Positions 5,557 to 12,878 of a stretch of 12,878 bases of DNA are shown here, one piece after another. A program made the translations under genes and the position numbers. Origin of the DNA: Armatimonadota bacterium (GTDB taxonomy: Bacteria; Vulcanimicrobiota; JACPDS01; JBDRKI01); contig JBDRKI010000120.1 of the NCBI GenBank assembly GCA_043814095.1, positions 1-12,878 of the forward strand. The letters run 5' to 3'. The notes beneath the pieces are model-generated. The model saw nothing but the letters and a program-made list of their open reading frames with translations. It had not been told where the DNA came from and ran no database searches. How positions within the stretch are numbered: position 1 is the first letter of the stretch; every line of letters begins with the position of its first letter.

Positions 5557-8241
5557 TTACCTCTTAACTTTCTGCCTCGCCGGCTTTAAGTACTTATCCA
5601 TTTCAACCATTAAATCATCAAGGAAGGCTTCCTTGTATCCGTTTTTTATCTGAGCCCAGTTTTCTTCGGTGATCGCGTTAAATTTAGCAAGATTCTTTTT
5701 TGCGGCATGGGAATTATAAGCTGAGAGGATTCCTTTTTCAGCAAACGAGCCTGGAGCCGGCTTTGCCGGGCTGTATCCGTTTGTGTATCTAGACTCCACA
5801 ATTGTAAGGGATTTATTAAAAGCAATCTCGGTTTCTTTTCTTGTTATTTTTGCTATTTTTATAAGTTCCGTTACCCCGGGTATGGATCTGTCAAGGTTTT
5901 TTATCCACTGTGTGAAACTGCTTTCCGCTAATCCCTGGAGCTCGTTATACCCTTTCCTTATATCATCACAGAAGATAAGTATTTTTCTTAAACCCGCAGG
6001 TTCGGTGTAATTTGCTTTTCCGTCAAGAAATACTATTATGGCGGTTTCTCTTGCCAGAATATCGCCTTTATCCTGTACATACCATTCAAAGCCTTTGTAA
6101 ATTGTGTTTAATAATCCCTGCTCTCTGGGTGTAAAATAAACCTTGCAGGGGATGTATTCGCTTCCTGAAGGCAGGTGTTTTGTATGTTCCGGATAATAAA
6201 GTTTGTTTTTTATGCTCCATATCTCATTTCTGTATGTTTTAAGGCGTGCTATTTTTCGTTTGCTTATCCCTATATTGCGCAGTCCTGTCCAGAAATTTTT
6301 AGGTATCTTTCCGTTTATCTTTATATTCCAGAGCAGGTTGCCTATTGCAGCGGCCTGAGTATTATTTGCCTGAAGAATGTTAACTATGATTTCTTTTACA
6401 ACCACAAATGCCATGAAGCCGCAGGGTGCTTCCTGGTGTGCAAGGGAAGTTTTTTTGCAGAGTTTATATAGATTATTGATCTCAGATGGAAGCTTTTTAT
6501 ATTTATCGCGGTATAAGTTGAAGAGCACATCAACTCTGTTTGCGGCTGTGATATTATGTTTTATAAATTCAGGGCCGAAGCCCACCTTATTCGGCGGGTC
6601 ATGCAGTGCCGCCGCTATCATTATTTTTAACTGGGCTCTTACGTCTTTTATCCCGCATGCGGCACATGCTTCCTGGGCGCTTTTAACGGCTTCTACAAGA
6701 TGAACCCCGTTTGGCATATTTTTTTCTTCCTGCACTGCAAGGATTATTATATCGTCAAAAACTTTTACAAGCTGATCGTTAGGCAGAAGGTGTTTTGTAA
6801 TATAGTTTCTTATATTAGCATAATCCCCGGCAATTTTTGTCTTGGCGGAATTTTCGGGACTTATATTTGCTTCCTTAAGTATATCCTGTGCCGTTATTGT
6901 TTTCTTTTGTGAAAATCTTCCTTTATAATCTAAAGTTTTTTCGGGTTGCAGCTTGCTTCTCGCAGCCCTTAGTTTCTCCCCGGCTTTTATACGTGCAGGC
7001 GACACATCTGTTTTAGGTCTTGGCTTTATAATGGTTTTCCCCTTACTTACAACTACCTTGAATTTTTTAAAGAATTCTTTGGTAATGGCAGGTCCTCTTA
7101 CCGAGCCGTAAATCATGCCGGCTATCTGACCTGTAAGCAGGGCTCTTTCTTCATCTGTGCCGTAATTCCATACAGCAACCATTTCTTTTACATCCACATT
7201 TATTCTTGTAAGTGAAGCAAGAAAGGTATACCAGCTTAAGGGGTTGGGAAGGTTTCTCATGAACATGAAAAGGCCGTATATGCCCAGAAGCGCAAGACGG
7301 CCTTCTTTGTGGTTTATTTTGCTTAAGCTCGGTATTACAGCTAAATCTATTTTAGAGAAACCTTTCTCAATTATATTTATATTCGCAATATTATCAGGAT
7401 TGAATGTAGTATCAGCCCAGCTGTACAATTTATATCTCGCAGCAAGCTGTTTTGTGTATAGCTTACTTGCAGTGGTATTGGGTATTATGCCTATTCTTCC
7501 TCCGTCTAATGGGAGAGTTACCACTATTAATTTCCCTTTGGCTATCCTGTCTAAATACTGCCTCAACCAGTTACCCATGGCGGTTGTATTATTAGTTTTA
7601 GGCCCGACTATCACGTTCTTTACTATCTCACCCGAGAGCTTTCCGGGGTTAACGAAATTCCATTCGGCAAGCCCCACGGTAAATTTATTCCACGCGCTTA
7701 AGTCCAGTTTTTCTTTCAAAACAGCGGCTATGAAATTTTCGCGCTCTTTGCGGTTCATTTTTGTTACGCAGAAAGTGACAAATCTTTCAATTTCATGAGG
7801 AGGCCATTCTTTAATGGATTTTTTCTTGAAGTAGGGAAATACGACCGCATTTTTAGGTTTTGTGTGTTTATAAATGCCTAATATTATTTTTTTAAACCTT
7901 CTTATCTTTTCATCATAATGGTCAGGTTCAAGGTTATTAAGGTTAACCCATAGATTATCGTCTCGTATTTTATTGTACCTGTTTTTAACGAGGTCATTAT
8001 ATAATTTAAGGAATCCTTTTTCCTTACATCTCTGCTTAAGGTATGAAAAGAAAGTATTGGCGTGTTTTCTGTCAATAAATCTTAAAAGGCCGCCGCCTAC
8101 AAGAGGTTCGTTGAATATAACGTAGCCTTTGAATTTCACAAGAGGTCTTACGGGATGGTAAAATATGCTTCTGTCAGGAGTTATATCCGGGACAGAGCCT
8201 ATCTGCTTTTTAGGGCTGAAATCTCCCATGTTTAACTGCAT
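5557..8241 (-). CDS. Large basic hypothetical protein with a C-terminal HD-superfamily-like metal-dependent phosphohydrolase motif set
   Basis: 894-aa ORF with SD GAGGAG (8247-8252). Motifs H514 (NGVH), AAALHD (H547-D548), H562, LAHQ (H602) and IIVFLD (D740). N-terminal ~500 aa unrecognised, with a hydrophobic/Gly-rich stretch at about aa 315-384. The CDS is secure; the domain call is moderate. Confidence 0.7.
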   Translation of the reverse strand: MQLNMGDFSPKKQIGSVPDITPDRSIFYHPVRPLVKFKGYVIFNEPLVGGGLLRFIDRKHANTFFSYLKQRCKEKGFLKLYNDLVKNRYNKIRDDNLWVNLNNLEPDHYDEKIRRFKKIILGIYKHTKPKNAVVFPYFKKKSIKEWPPHEIERFVTFCVTKMNRKERENFIAAVLKEKLDLSAWNKFTVGLAEWNFVNPGKLSGEIVKNVIVGPKTNNTTAMGNWLRQYLDRIAKGKLIVVTLPLDGGRIGIIPNTTASKLYTKQLAARYKLYSWADTTFNPDNIANINIIEKGFSKIDLAVIPSLSKINHKEGRLALLGIYGLFMFMRNLPNPLSWYTFLASLTRINVDVKEMVAVWNYGTDEERALLTGQIAGMIYGSVRGPAITKEFFKKFKVVVSKGKTIIKPRPKTDVSPARIKAGEKLRAARSKLQPEKTLDYKGRFSQKKTITAQDILKEANISPENSAKTKIAGDYANIRNYITKHLLPNDQLVKVFDDIIILAVQEEKNMPNGVHLVEAVKSAQEACAACGIKDVRAQLKIMIAAALHDPPNKVGFGPEFIKHNITAANRVDVLFNLYRDKYKKLPSEINNLYKLCKKTSLAHQEAPCGFMAFVVVKEIIVNILQANNTQAAAIGNLLWNIKINGKIPKNFWTGLRNIGISKRKIARLKTYRNEIWSIKNKLYYPEHTKHLPSGSEYIPCKVYFTPREQGLLNTIYKGFEWYVQDKGDILARETAIIVFLDGKANYTEPAGLRKILIFCDDIRKGYNELQGLAESSFTQWIKNLDRSIPGVTELIKIAKITRKETEIAFNKSLTIVESRYTNGYSPAKPAPGSFAEKGILSAYNSHAAKKNLAKFNAITEENWAQIKNGYKEAFLDDLMVEMDKYLKPARQKVKR

Positions 8242-8460
8242 AAATACTCCTCTATATTAATTATAAAACAGGTATTTACTTATGAATATCGGTCAAACGG
8301 AGTATTTTTGGTTTAATGGGGAAAAAATTATCATTTTATAATGTCAAAATCGTTATTTTACGTTGTTTTCTGCTTTTATTTATTATAAAAAAGGAGTGAA
8401 GCTTAACTTATAGAATACTTGCAGGGTTTAGGCAATAATTAACAAAGGAGATATTTTATT

Positions 8461-9510
8461 ATGGAAGGCAAAATGAAAGCAGTTGTAAAGACCAAACCGG
8501 CTGCTGGCGCCGAACTTATAGAGGTTGATATACCTAAAATAAAGGATGATGAGGTTCTTGTTAAGGTACAGGCAACTTCTATCTGCGGTACCGATGTGCA
8601 TATCTATAACTGGAATAAATGGGCAGAAGGAAGAATTAAAAATATACCCCAGGTTTTAGGCCATGAATTTGCAGGTGAGGTTGTTGAGGTTGGTAAGAAT
8701 GTAAAGAATATTAAGGTAGGGGATTATATAAGTGCTGAGACGCATATCCCCTGCTTAATGTGCAAACCGTGCCTTACCGGCCAGCAGCATATATGCTCTA
8801 ATCTAAAGATACTGGGTGTTGACTGCAACGGCTGTTTTGCCGAATACGCGGCCGTACCTGAAGTGGTATGCTGGAAGAACTCAAAAGATATACCGCCTGA
8901 ATTTGCTTCTGTGCAGGAGCCTTTAGGAAACGCCGTTTATACCACACTTGTTGAAGATGTGGCGGGTAAATCGGTTGTTATTATAGGGGAGGGGCCCACA
9001 GGGCTTTTTGCCGCGGGTGTTGCAAGAATCGCAGGCGCCACGGATATATTCATGGTCGGCAAACATCCCTACAGGATGGATATAGCAAAGAAAATGGGAG
9101 CAGATCATCTTCTTTTTCTGGATAAATGTGATGTAGTTAAAGAAGTAATGGATAAAACAGACGGTATAGGCGCTGATGTGGTGCTTGAGATGGCGGGTTC
9201 CCAGCAGGCGATTGAAGACGGGTTTAAGATGGTAAGAAAAGGCGGACGGTTCTCGGCGTTCGGGCTGCCGGGAGAACCCTTGAAAATAGATTATTCCAAT
9301 GGTATAGTGTTTAAAGGTGTTACCGTATACGGCATTAACGGAAGGTTAATGTATGATACATGGTTCAGGGTAAGAAATTTATTGAAATCCAAAAGACTGG
9401 ATATTTCCCCTGTTGTAACACATAAACTGCCTTTATCTGAGTTTAAAAAAGGGTTTGATCTTATGACTACCCGCCCGAAAGTATGCGGGAAGGTAGTATT
9501 AATACCTTAA
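8461..9510 (+). CDS. tdh: L-threonine 3-dehydrogenase (Zn-dependent MDR family)
   Basis: [25 protein letters not shown], structural Zn CLMCKPC...[27 protein letters not shown]; adjacent to kbl. Confidence 0.95.
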   Translation: MEGKMKAVVKTKPAAGAELIEVDIPKIKDDEVLVKVQATSICGTDVHIYNWNKWAEGRIKNIPQVLGHEFAGEVVEVGKNVKNIKVGDYISAETHIPCLMCKPCLTGQQHICSNLKILGVDCNGCFAEYAAVPEVVCWKNSKDIPPEFASVQEPLGNAVYTTLVEDVAGKSVVIIGEGPTGLFAAGVARIAGATDIFMVGKHPYRMDIAKKMGADHLLFLDKCDVVKEVMDKTDGIGADVVLEMAGSQQAIEDGFKMVRKGGRFSAFGLPGEPLKIDYSNGIVFKGVTVYGINGRLMYDTWFRVRNLLKSKRLDISPVVTHKLPLSEFKKGFDLMTTRPKVCGKVVLIP

Positions 9511-9532
9511 AATTATTAAACGGAGGATTTTT

Positions 9533-10717
9533 ATGGGAAAGTATGATTTTATTACGGAAGAACTCGCAAGATTAAAAAACGAAGGCCTTTATAATACAAT
9601 AAGGACATTAGAGAGCCCCCAGGGTGCCTGGATTGTCGTTGATGGCAAGAAAGTTTTGAATATGTGCTCCAATAACTACCTGGGGTTCGCGAATGACCCG
9701 AGGATTGTTTCCGCCGCCAAGGAAGCTCTGGATAAATACGGCGCGGGTCCGGGTGCAGTAAGAAGCATAGCGGGCACAATGGATCTGCATATAGAGCTTG
9801 AAAGAAAACTCGCGGAATTTAAAAAAGTTGAAGCCGTATTATTCCTTCAGTCCGGTTTTGTCGCCAACCAGGCGGTTATACCTCCCATAGCGGCATCAAA
9901 AGAAGACGGTATATTCACTGATGAGTTAAACCATGCTTCTATCATAGACGGGGTAAGGTTAACAAAAGCGCAGAGATTCATATACAAACATAATGATGCT
10001 GATGACTTAAAGAGAAAATTAGAAGAAGGCAAAAACTGCAAAACCAAACTCATAATCACAGACGGCGTATTCTCAATGGACGGCGATATAGCTCCTCTTG
10101 ATAAAATAGCGGAAGTTGCCGGTCAATATAATGCAATAACAATGGTTGATGACGCTCACGGCGAAGGAGTGCTTGGGTCTTCGGGAAGAGGCATAGTTGA
10201 TCATTTTAAACTTCATAATAAATTTGATATAGAAATAGGAACTATGAGTAAAGCATTCGGAGTTGTAGGCGGTTTTGTCGCGGGCAAGAAAGAACTTATA
10301 GATTACTTAAGACAGAAAGCAAGACCGTTTCTCTTCTCCTCGGCGGTAACGCCTCCCGATACCGCGGCATGCATGGCAGCTGTGGAAGTTCTGCTTAAAA
10401 GCGATGAGCTTGTTGAAAAATTATGGGATAATGCCGCATACTTTAAAGAAGGCATGAAGAAATTAGGATTTGATACAGGTGTTACCCAGACACCCATAAC
10501 ACCGGTAATGCTCGGTGAAGCTTCAGTCGCCCAGCAGTTTTCAAAGAAGCTTTTTGAAGAAGGCATATTCGCTATGGCGATAGGATATCCGACAGTTCCT
10601 AAAGGGAAAGCAAGAATAAGGGTGATGATATCAGCGGCGCATTCAAAAGAAGATCTTGATATAACTTTAAAAGCGTTTGAAAAAGTAGGTAAGGAATTAA
10701 AAGCAGGGATTAGTTAA
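9533..10717 (+). CDS. kbl: Glycine C-acetyltransferase (2-amino-3-ketobutyrate CoA ligase), PLP-dependent
   Basis: [35 protein letters not shown] lysine in [34 protein letters not shown]; directly downstream of tdh. Confidence 0.93.
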   Translation: MGKYDFITEELARLKNEGLYNTIRTLESPQGAWIVVDGKKVLNMCSNNYLGFANDPRIVSAAKEALDKYGAGPGAVRSIAGTMDLHIELERKLAEFKKVEAVLFLQSGFVANQAVIPPIAASKEDGIFTDELNHASIIDGVRLTKAQRFIYKHNDADDLKRKLEEGKNCKTKLIITDGVFSMDGDIAPLDKIAEVAGQYNAITMVDDAHGEGVLGSSGRGIVDHFKLHNKFDIEIGTMSKAFGVVGGFVAGKKELIDYLRQKARPFLFSSAVTPPDTAACMAAVEVLLKSDELVEKLWDNAAYFKEGMKKLGFDTGVTQTPITPVMLGEASVAQQFSKKLFEEGIFAMAIGYPTVPKGKARIRVMISAAHSKEDLDITLKAFEKVGKELKAGIS

Positions 10718-10747
10718 TGGTTTGCATATAATTATTTGATTTATGAT

Positions 10748-10778
10748 AAAAGCCCGCGTATTGTGTATGCGGGCTTTT
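10748..10778. terminator. Bidirectional rho-independent terminator between kbl and the TPR gene
   Basis: AAAA-GCCCGCGTA-ttgtg-TATGCGGGC-TTTT: GC-rich stem with A/T tails on both sides, between convergent genes; overlaps the TPR gene stop codon (10777-10779). Confidence 0.88.
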
Positions 10779-11859
10779 AAGGTTCTTGTTTTTCCTGTTT
10801 TGCGGGTTCTTCTTTTTTCTCGTGGTCTGCTTTGTATTTCTCTATTTTTTCTTCAACCCTCGTTACGTCTTTTTTGGCGAAATCGTATTTGGGATCCAGA
10901 TTAAAGGATTTAAGATAATTTTTCTGGGCGTTTAGTAGCTGGTCCGGATCTTTTTTATCTGAGTCATACATATGTTCATAAGCGTATCCCAGGTAGTAAT
11001 AGGTCTGGGGGTCGCTCTCGCAGAGCTCAAGAGATCTTTCAAGGTAAGTTATGCCTAAGGAGTAATTCCCGTTCTGCACTGATATTTTTCCGAGAAGAAG
11101 ATATACTTCATAGTTTTTTGAATCAAGCGTTATGCACTGTTTAAGGCATTCCAATGCTTCGGTTGTCTTATTCTCACTTATGAATTTCTTTGCTTTTTTA
11201 AGGAGGGCATTAAAATCTTCATCGGTTTTGGCGGTTAGGTTTGTTGTTTTTTCTATTTCTTCTTTTTTCTCGGGTTTTAATTCTATGGCTTTATCAAAAG
11301 CCTCTTTTGCCTTTTCTTTTTCCCCGAGCTCTAAATATATTAATCCGAGGTTGTAATGCACATTGTAATTTTGAGGGTCTAGCTTATCGGCTTCGGTAAG
11401 ATATTTTACGGCGGATTTAAAATCTTTTTTCTCTTTATAATCCATTCCCATGATTACAAGAACACGGGGGTCATTGTATTTTTCATCTAAAAGCTGTGTG
11501 CATATTTTTATTGATAAGTCGTAATTTTTTGTATTGTAGCAGTAATTTGCAAATCCTAACCGGTAATTATCCTTAAGGTTTATCTTTTTTGCCGATAAGT
11601 CGGCAAGGTAGCAGTACCTGTACGCTTCTTCAAGATCGTTTTTCCTTATTATGGAGTATTCCGCGCCCTGCTTGCACATTGTTATAAAATCCTGGTTTAC
11701 TGTATTGCTTTTATCTATGATATCTTTCCATTGATTCATAGGGGCTGAGCTTATTTTTTGCAGGAGGCTTATCTGTAACTGTTCATAAGGGTTTGCCATC
11801 GGCACGGATACAGCAAGAAAGCCCAAGAGAAGGATAAGTATCAATACTTTAGTTTTCAT
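10777..11859 (-). CDS. Secreted/periplasmic tetratricopeptide-repeat protein
   Basis: Sec-type signal peptide MKTKVLILILLLGFLAVSVPMA; TPR units such as YNVHYNLGLIYLELGEKEKAKEAFDKAIELKP and YEVYLLLGKISVQNGNYSLGITYLERSLEL; AGGGAG SD. Confidence 0.88.
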   Translation of the reverse strand: MKTKVLILILLLGFLAVSVPMANPYEQLQISLLQKISSAPMNQWKDIIDKSNTVNQDFITMCKQGAEYSIIRKNDLEEAYRYCYLADLSAKKINLKDNYRLGFANYCYNTKNYDLSIKICTQLLDEKYNDPRVLVIMGMDYKEKKDFKSAVKYLTEADKLDPQNYNVHYNLGLIYLELGEKEKAKEAFDKAIELKPEKKEEIEKTTNLTAKTDEDFNALLKKAKKFISENKTTEALECLKQCITLDSKNYEVYLLLGKISVQNGNYSLGITYLERSLELCESDPQTYYYLGYAYEHMYDSDKKDPDQLLNAQKNYLKSFNLDPKYDFAKKDVTRVEEKIEKYKADHEKKEEPAKQEKQEP

Positions 11860-11946
11860 TTATCATAAACTCCCTATAGTAGAAATATGTATATATAGAG
11901 ATATATATTAATAAATTTGACGTTTTGAAAGGATTACCTTCTTAAA

Positions 11947-12375
11947 TTATTTATTTGTAGGCCTTAAGAAGAACGAGTTTATTCTGGTAAAAGCGTCTTC
12001 GGATGACGTGAAGTTTTCCGCCATTGATTCAAAGAAGCAGAGAGCGTCTTTAGTTTGATTTAATATAAAAGGGACTTCTATATCATATTTTACGAATATG
12101 TTGTTCTGCATGAGGAATTTTTTAGCTTTCTCTGATATAAGTTCGGTATAAACTTTTTTAACGTTTCCGAATACAATAAGATGCGCAAGTGAGAGTCCTA
12201 CTACTTTGTCGGCAATACTTGATGAAGAGAGAAGTTCCTTATCGGTAATTAATGCTTCTAAAAAGGATTTTATGCCGCTTTCTTTGGACTGGTAAACTAC
12301 TTTGCTGTCTTTGACTATAACCAGAGAGTAGTTATAGCTTTTCATTACCTGTTTTGCTATTGAGAGATCCCCCAT
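11947..12375 (-). CDS. DUF1893 / TM1506-like protein
   Basis: SIADKVVG, VYTELISEKA and VPFILN...LCFFE match the DUF1893 pattern. Start moved to ATG 12375 (MGDLSIAK), preceded by AAGGAG in the HPr 3' end and 1 nt after the HPr stop. Confidence 0.8.
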   Translation of the reverse strand: MGDLSIAKQVMKSYNYSLVIVKDSKVVYQSKESGIKSFLEALITDKELLSSSSIADKVVGLSLAHLIVFGNVKKVYTELISEKAKKFLMQNNIFVKYDIEVPFILNQTKDALCFFESMAENFTSSEDAFTRINSFFLRPTNK

Positions 12376-12376
12376 G

Positions 12377-12649
12377 TTATTTCTCCTTTGCCAGAACATT
12401 CCGGATATAGTCTATGATATCATTTAAGGCTTTTTCTTCGTCTTTTCCCTCAGCGCTTACAGTTATGGTGCTTCCCTGGTTTATTCCCAGAGCAAGAAGC
12501 CCCATCAAGGAATTCGCCTTGGAAGATTTACCGTTTTTACTTATTGTTATTTCCGTATCGGGATAAGTTTTAACCTTCTGGACAAGCAGTACGGCCGGCC
12601 GACCGTGTATCCCTATTTTAAAATCAATATTTAAATCCTGTGAAACCAT
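12377..12649 (-). CDS. ptsH: Phosphocarrier protein HPr
   Basis: GIHGRPA with His15 and Arg17; ANSLMGLLALG containing the Ser46-equivalent (S47); AEGKDEEKAL; 90 aa; AAGAGG SD. Confidence 0.93.
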   Translation of the reverse strand: MVSQDLNIDFKIGIHGRPAVLLVQKVKTYPDTEITISKNGKSSKANSLMGLLALGINQGSTITVSAEGKDEEKALNDIIDYIRNVLAKEK

Positions 12650-12682
12650 ATTTTTTTTACCTCTTAAGTAGGGTTTTTATAT

Positions 12683-12711
12683 ATTTTATCAGAATTATTA
12701 TAAATAAGCAA
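12683..12711 (-). promoter_or_regulatory. Putative sigma70 promoter of ptsH-DUF1893
   Basis: Minus strand TTGCTT (12706-12711), 17-bp spacer, TAAAAT (12683-12688) with extended TG; A/T tract upstream (12712-12739) could be an UP element. Confidence 0.6.
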
Positions 12712-12739
12712 ACAAAGAAAAAAAATAAATAAATAATAA

Positions 12740-12878
12740 TGTAACCGCAAAATGATAATGTCCTAATAGAACAAAATAGAAATGTCCTAAATCACGAAGT
12801 CATAAACATCCTGAAAGGAGGGTGTTATGACAGGAAAGGACATTATCATGGCTAGAAAATTTGAGTTAAAGCGGCTTT
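12740..12878 (+). mobile_element. Left end of an IS1202-family-like (formerly ISNCY) insertion sequence, truncated by window edge
   Basis: Abrupt shift from an A/T tract to a terminal TGT at 12740; two subterminal 19-bp imperfect repeats CAAAAT(GAT/AGA)AATGTCCTAA (12748-12766, 12772-12790); followed by a transposase-like ORF start. Confidence 0.72.
12827..12878 (+). CDS. N-terminus of a probable IS transposase (partial)
   Basis: AAGGAGG SD, then ATG 12827: MTGKDIIMARKFELKRL, open to the window end. Resembles the MxGKDIIM...ELKRL starts I recall for ISNCY/IS1202-type transposases. Only 17 codons are visible. Confidence 0.65.
   Translation, partial: MTGKDIIMARKFELKRL

Noticed and set aside
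5783-7798. + strand ORFs opposite the 894-aa gene, including the hydrophobic 184-aa ORF at 7244-7798
   Set aside because: Antisense shadows: reverse complements of Lys/Asn/Glu codons give F/L/I/S-rich text; no recognisable motifs.
8391-8413. AAGGAG followed by GTG mini-ORF (MKLNL) upstream of tdh as a possible leader peptide
   Set aside because: The GTG overlaps the SD, there are no Thr codons, and no attenuator hairpin follows.
10721-10751. dif-like pattern TTTGCATATAA-N9-TTATGATAAAA
   Set aside because: Arms resemble XerC/XerD boxes, but the spacer is 9 bp rather than 6 (or 8), and AT-rich DNA makes a chance match likely.
657-11356. Short antisense ORFs within rmuC, tsaB/rimI, tsaD, tdh, kbl and the TPR gene
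   Set aside because: Overlap confidently assigned genes on the other strand and have no independent coding signal.
12376-12399. Longer DUF1893 start (MFWQRRNN)
   Set aside because: Overlaps ptsH; ATG 12375 has a well-spaced AAGGAG.
1-12878. CRISPR arrays, tRNA/rRNA genes, riboswitches
   Set aside because: Intergenic gaps are short (largest about 220 bp) and AT-rich; no regularly spaced repeats, cloverleaf or recognisable aptamer seen by eye. An Infernal/Rfam scan would be decisive.

Overview
AT-rich bacterial chromosomal window. The + strand carries a housekeeping backbone: 5'-truncated rmuC, then tsaE-tsaB-rimI-tsaD (t6A tRNA modification), and later tdh-kbl (threonine catabolism), closed by a bidirectional intrinsic terminator. 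Between tsaD and tdh lies a ~4.4 kb block of three unusual - strand genes. These are an 894-aa basic protein with a hydrophobic/Gly-rich middle segment and a C-terminal split HD-superfamily motif set, a tightly coupled 104-aa acidic protein resembling IscU/NifU-N but lacking the three Fe-S cysteines, and an EF-hand + HEAT-repeat protein. This block is the best candidate for an undescribed system, possibly an effector/toxin with an immunity or chaperone partner; that reading is inference only. The right end holds ptsH (HPr) coupled to a DUF1893/TM1506-like gene, a secreted TPR protein, and the left end of an IS1202-like (ex-ISNCY) insertion sequence that runs off the window. All family calls come from motif recognition by eye; no database searches were run.
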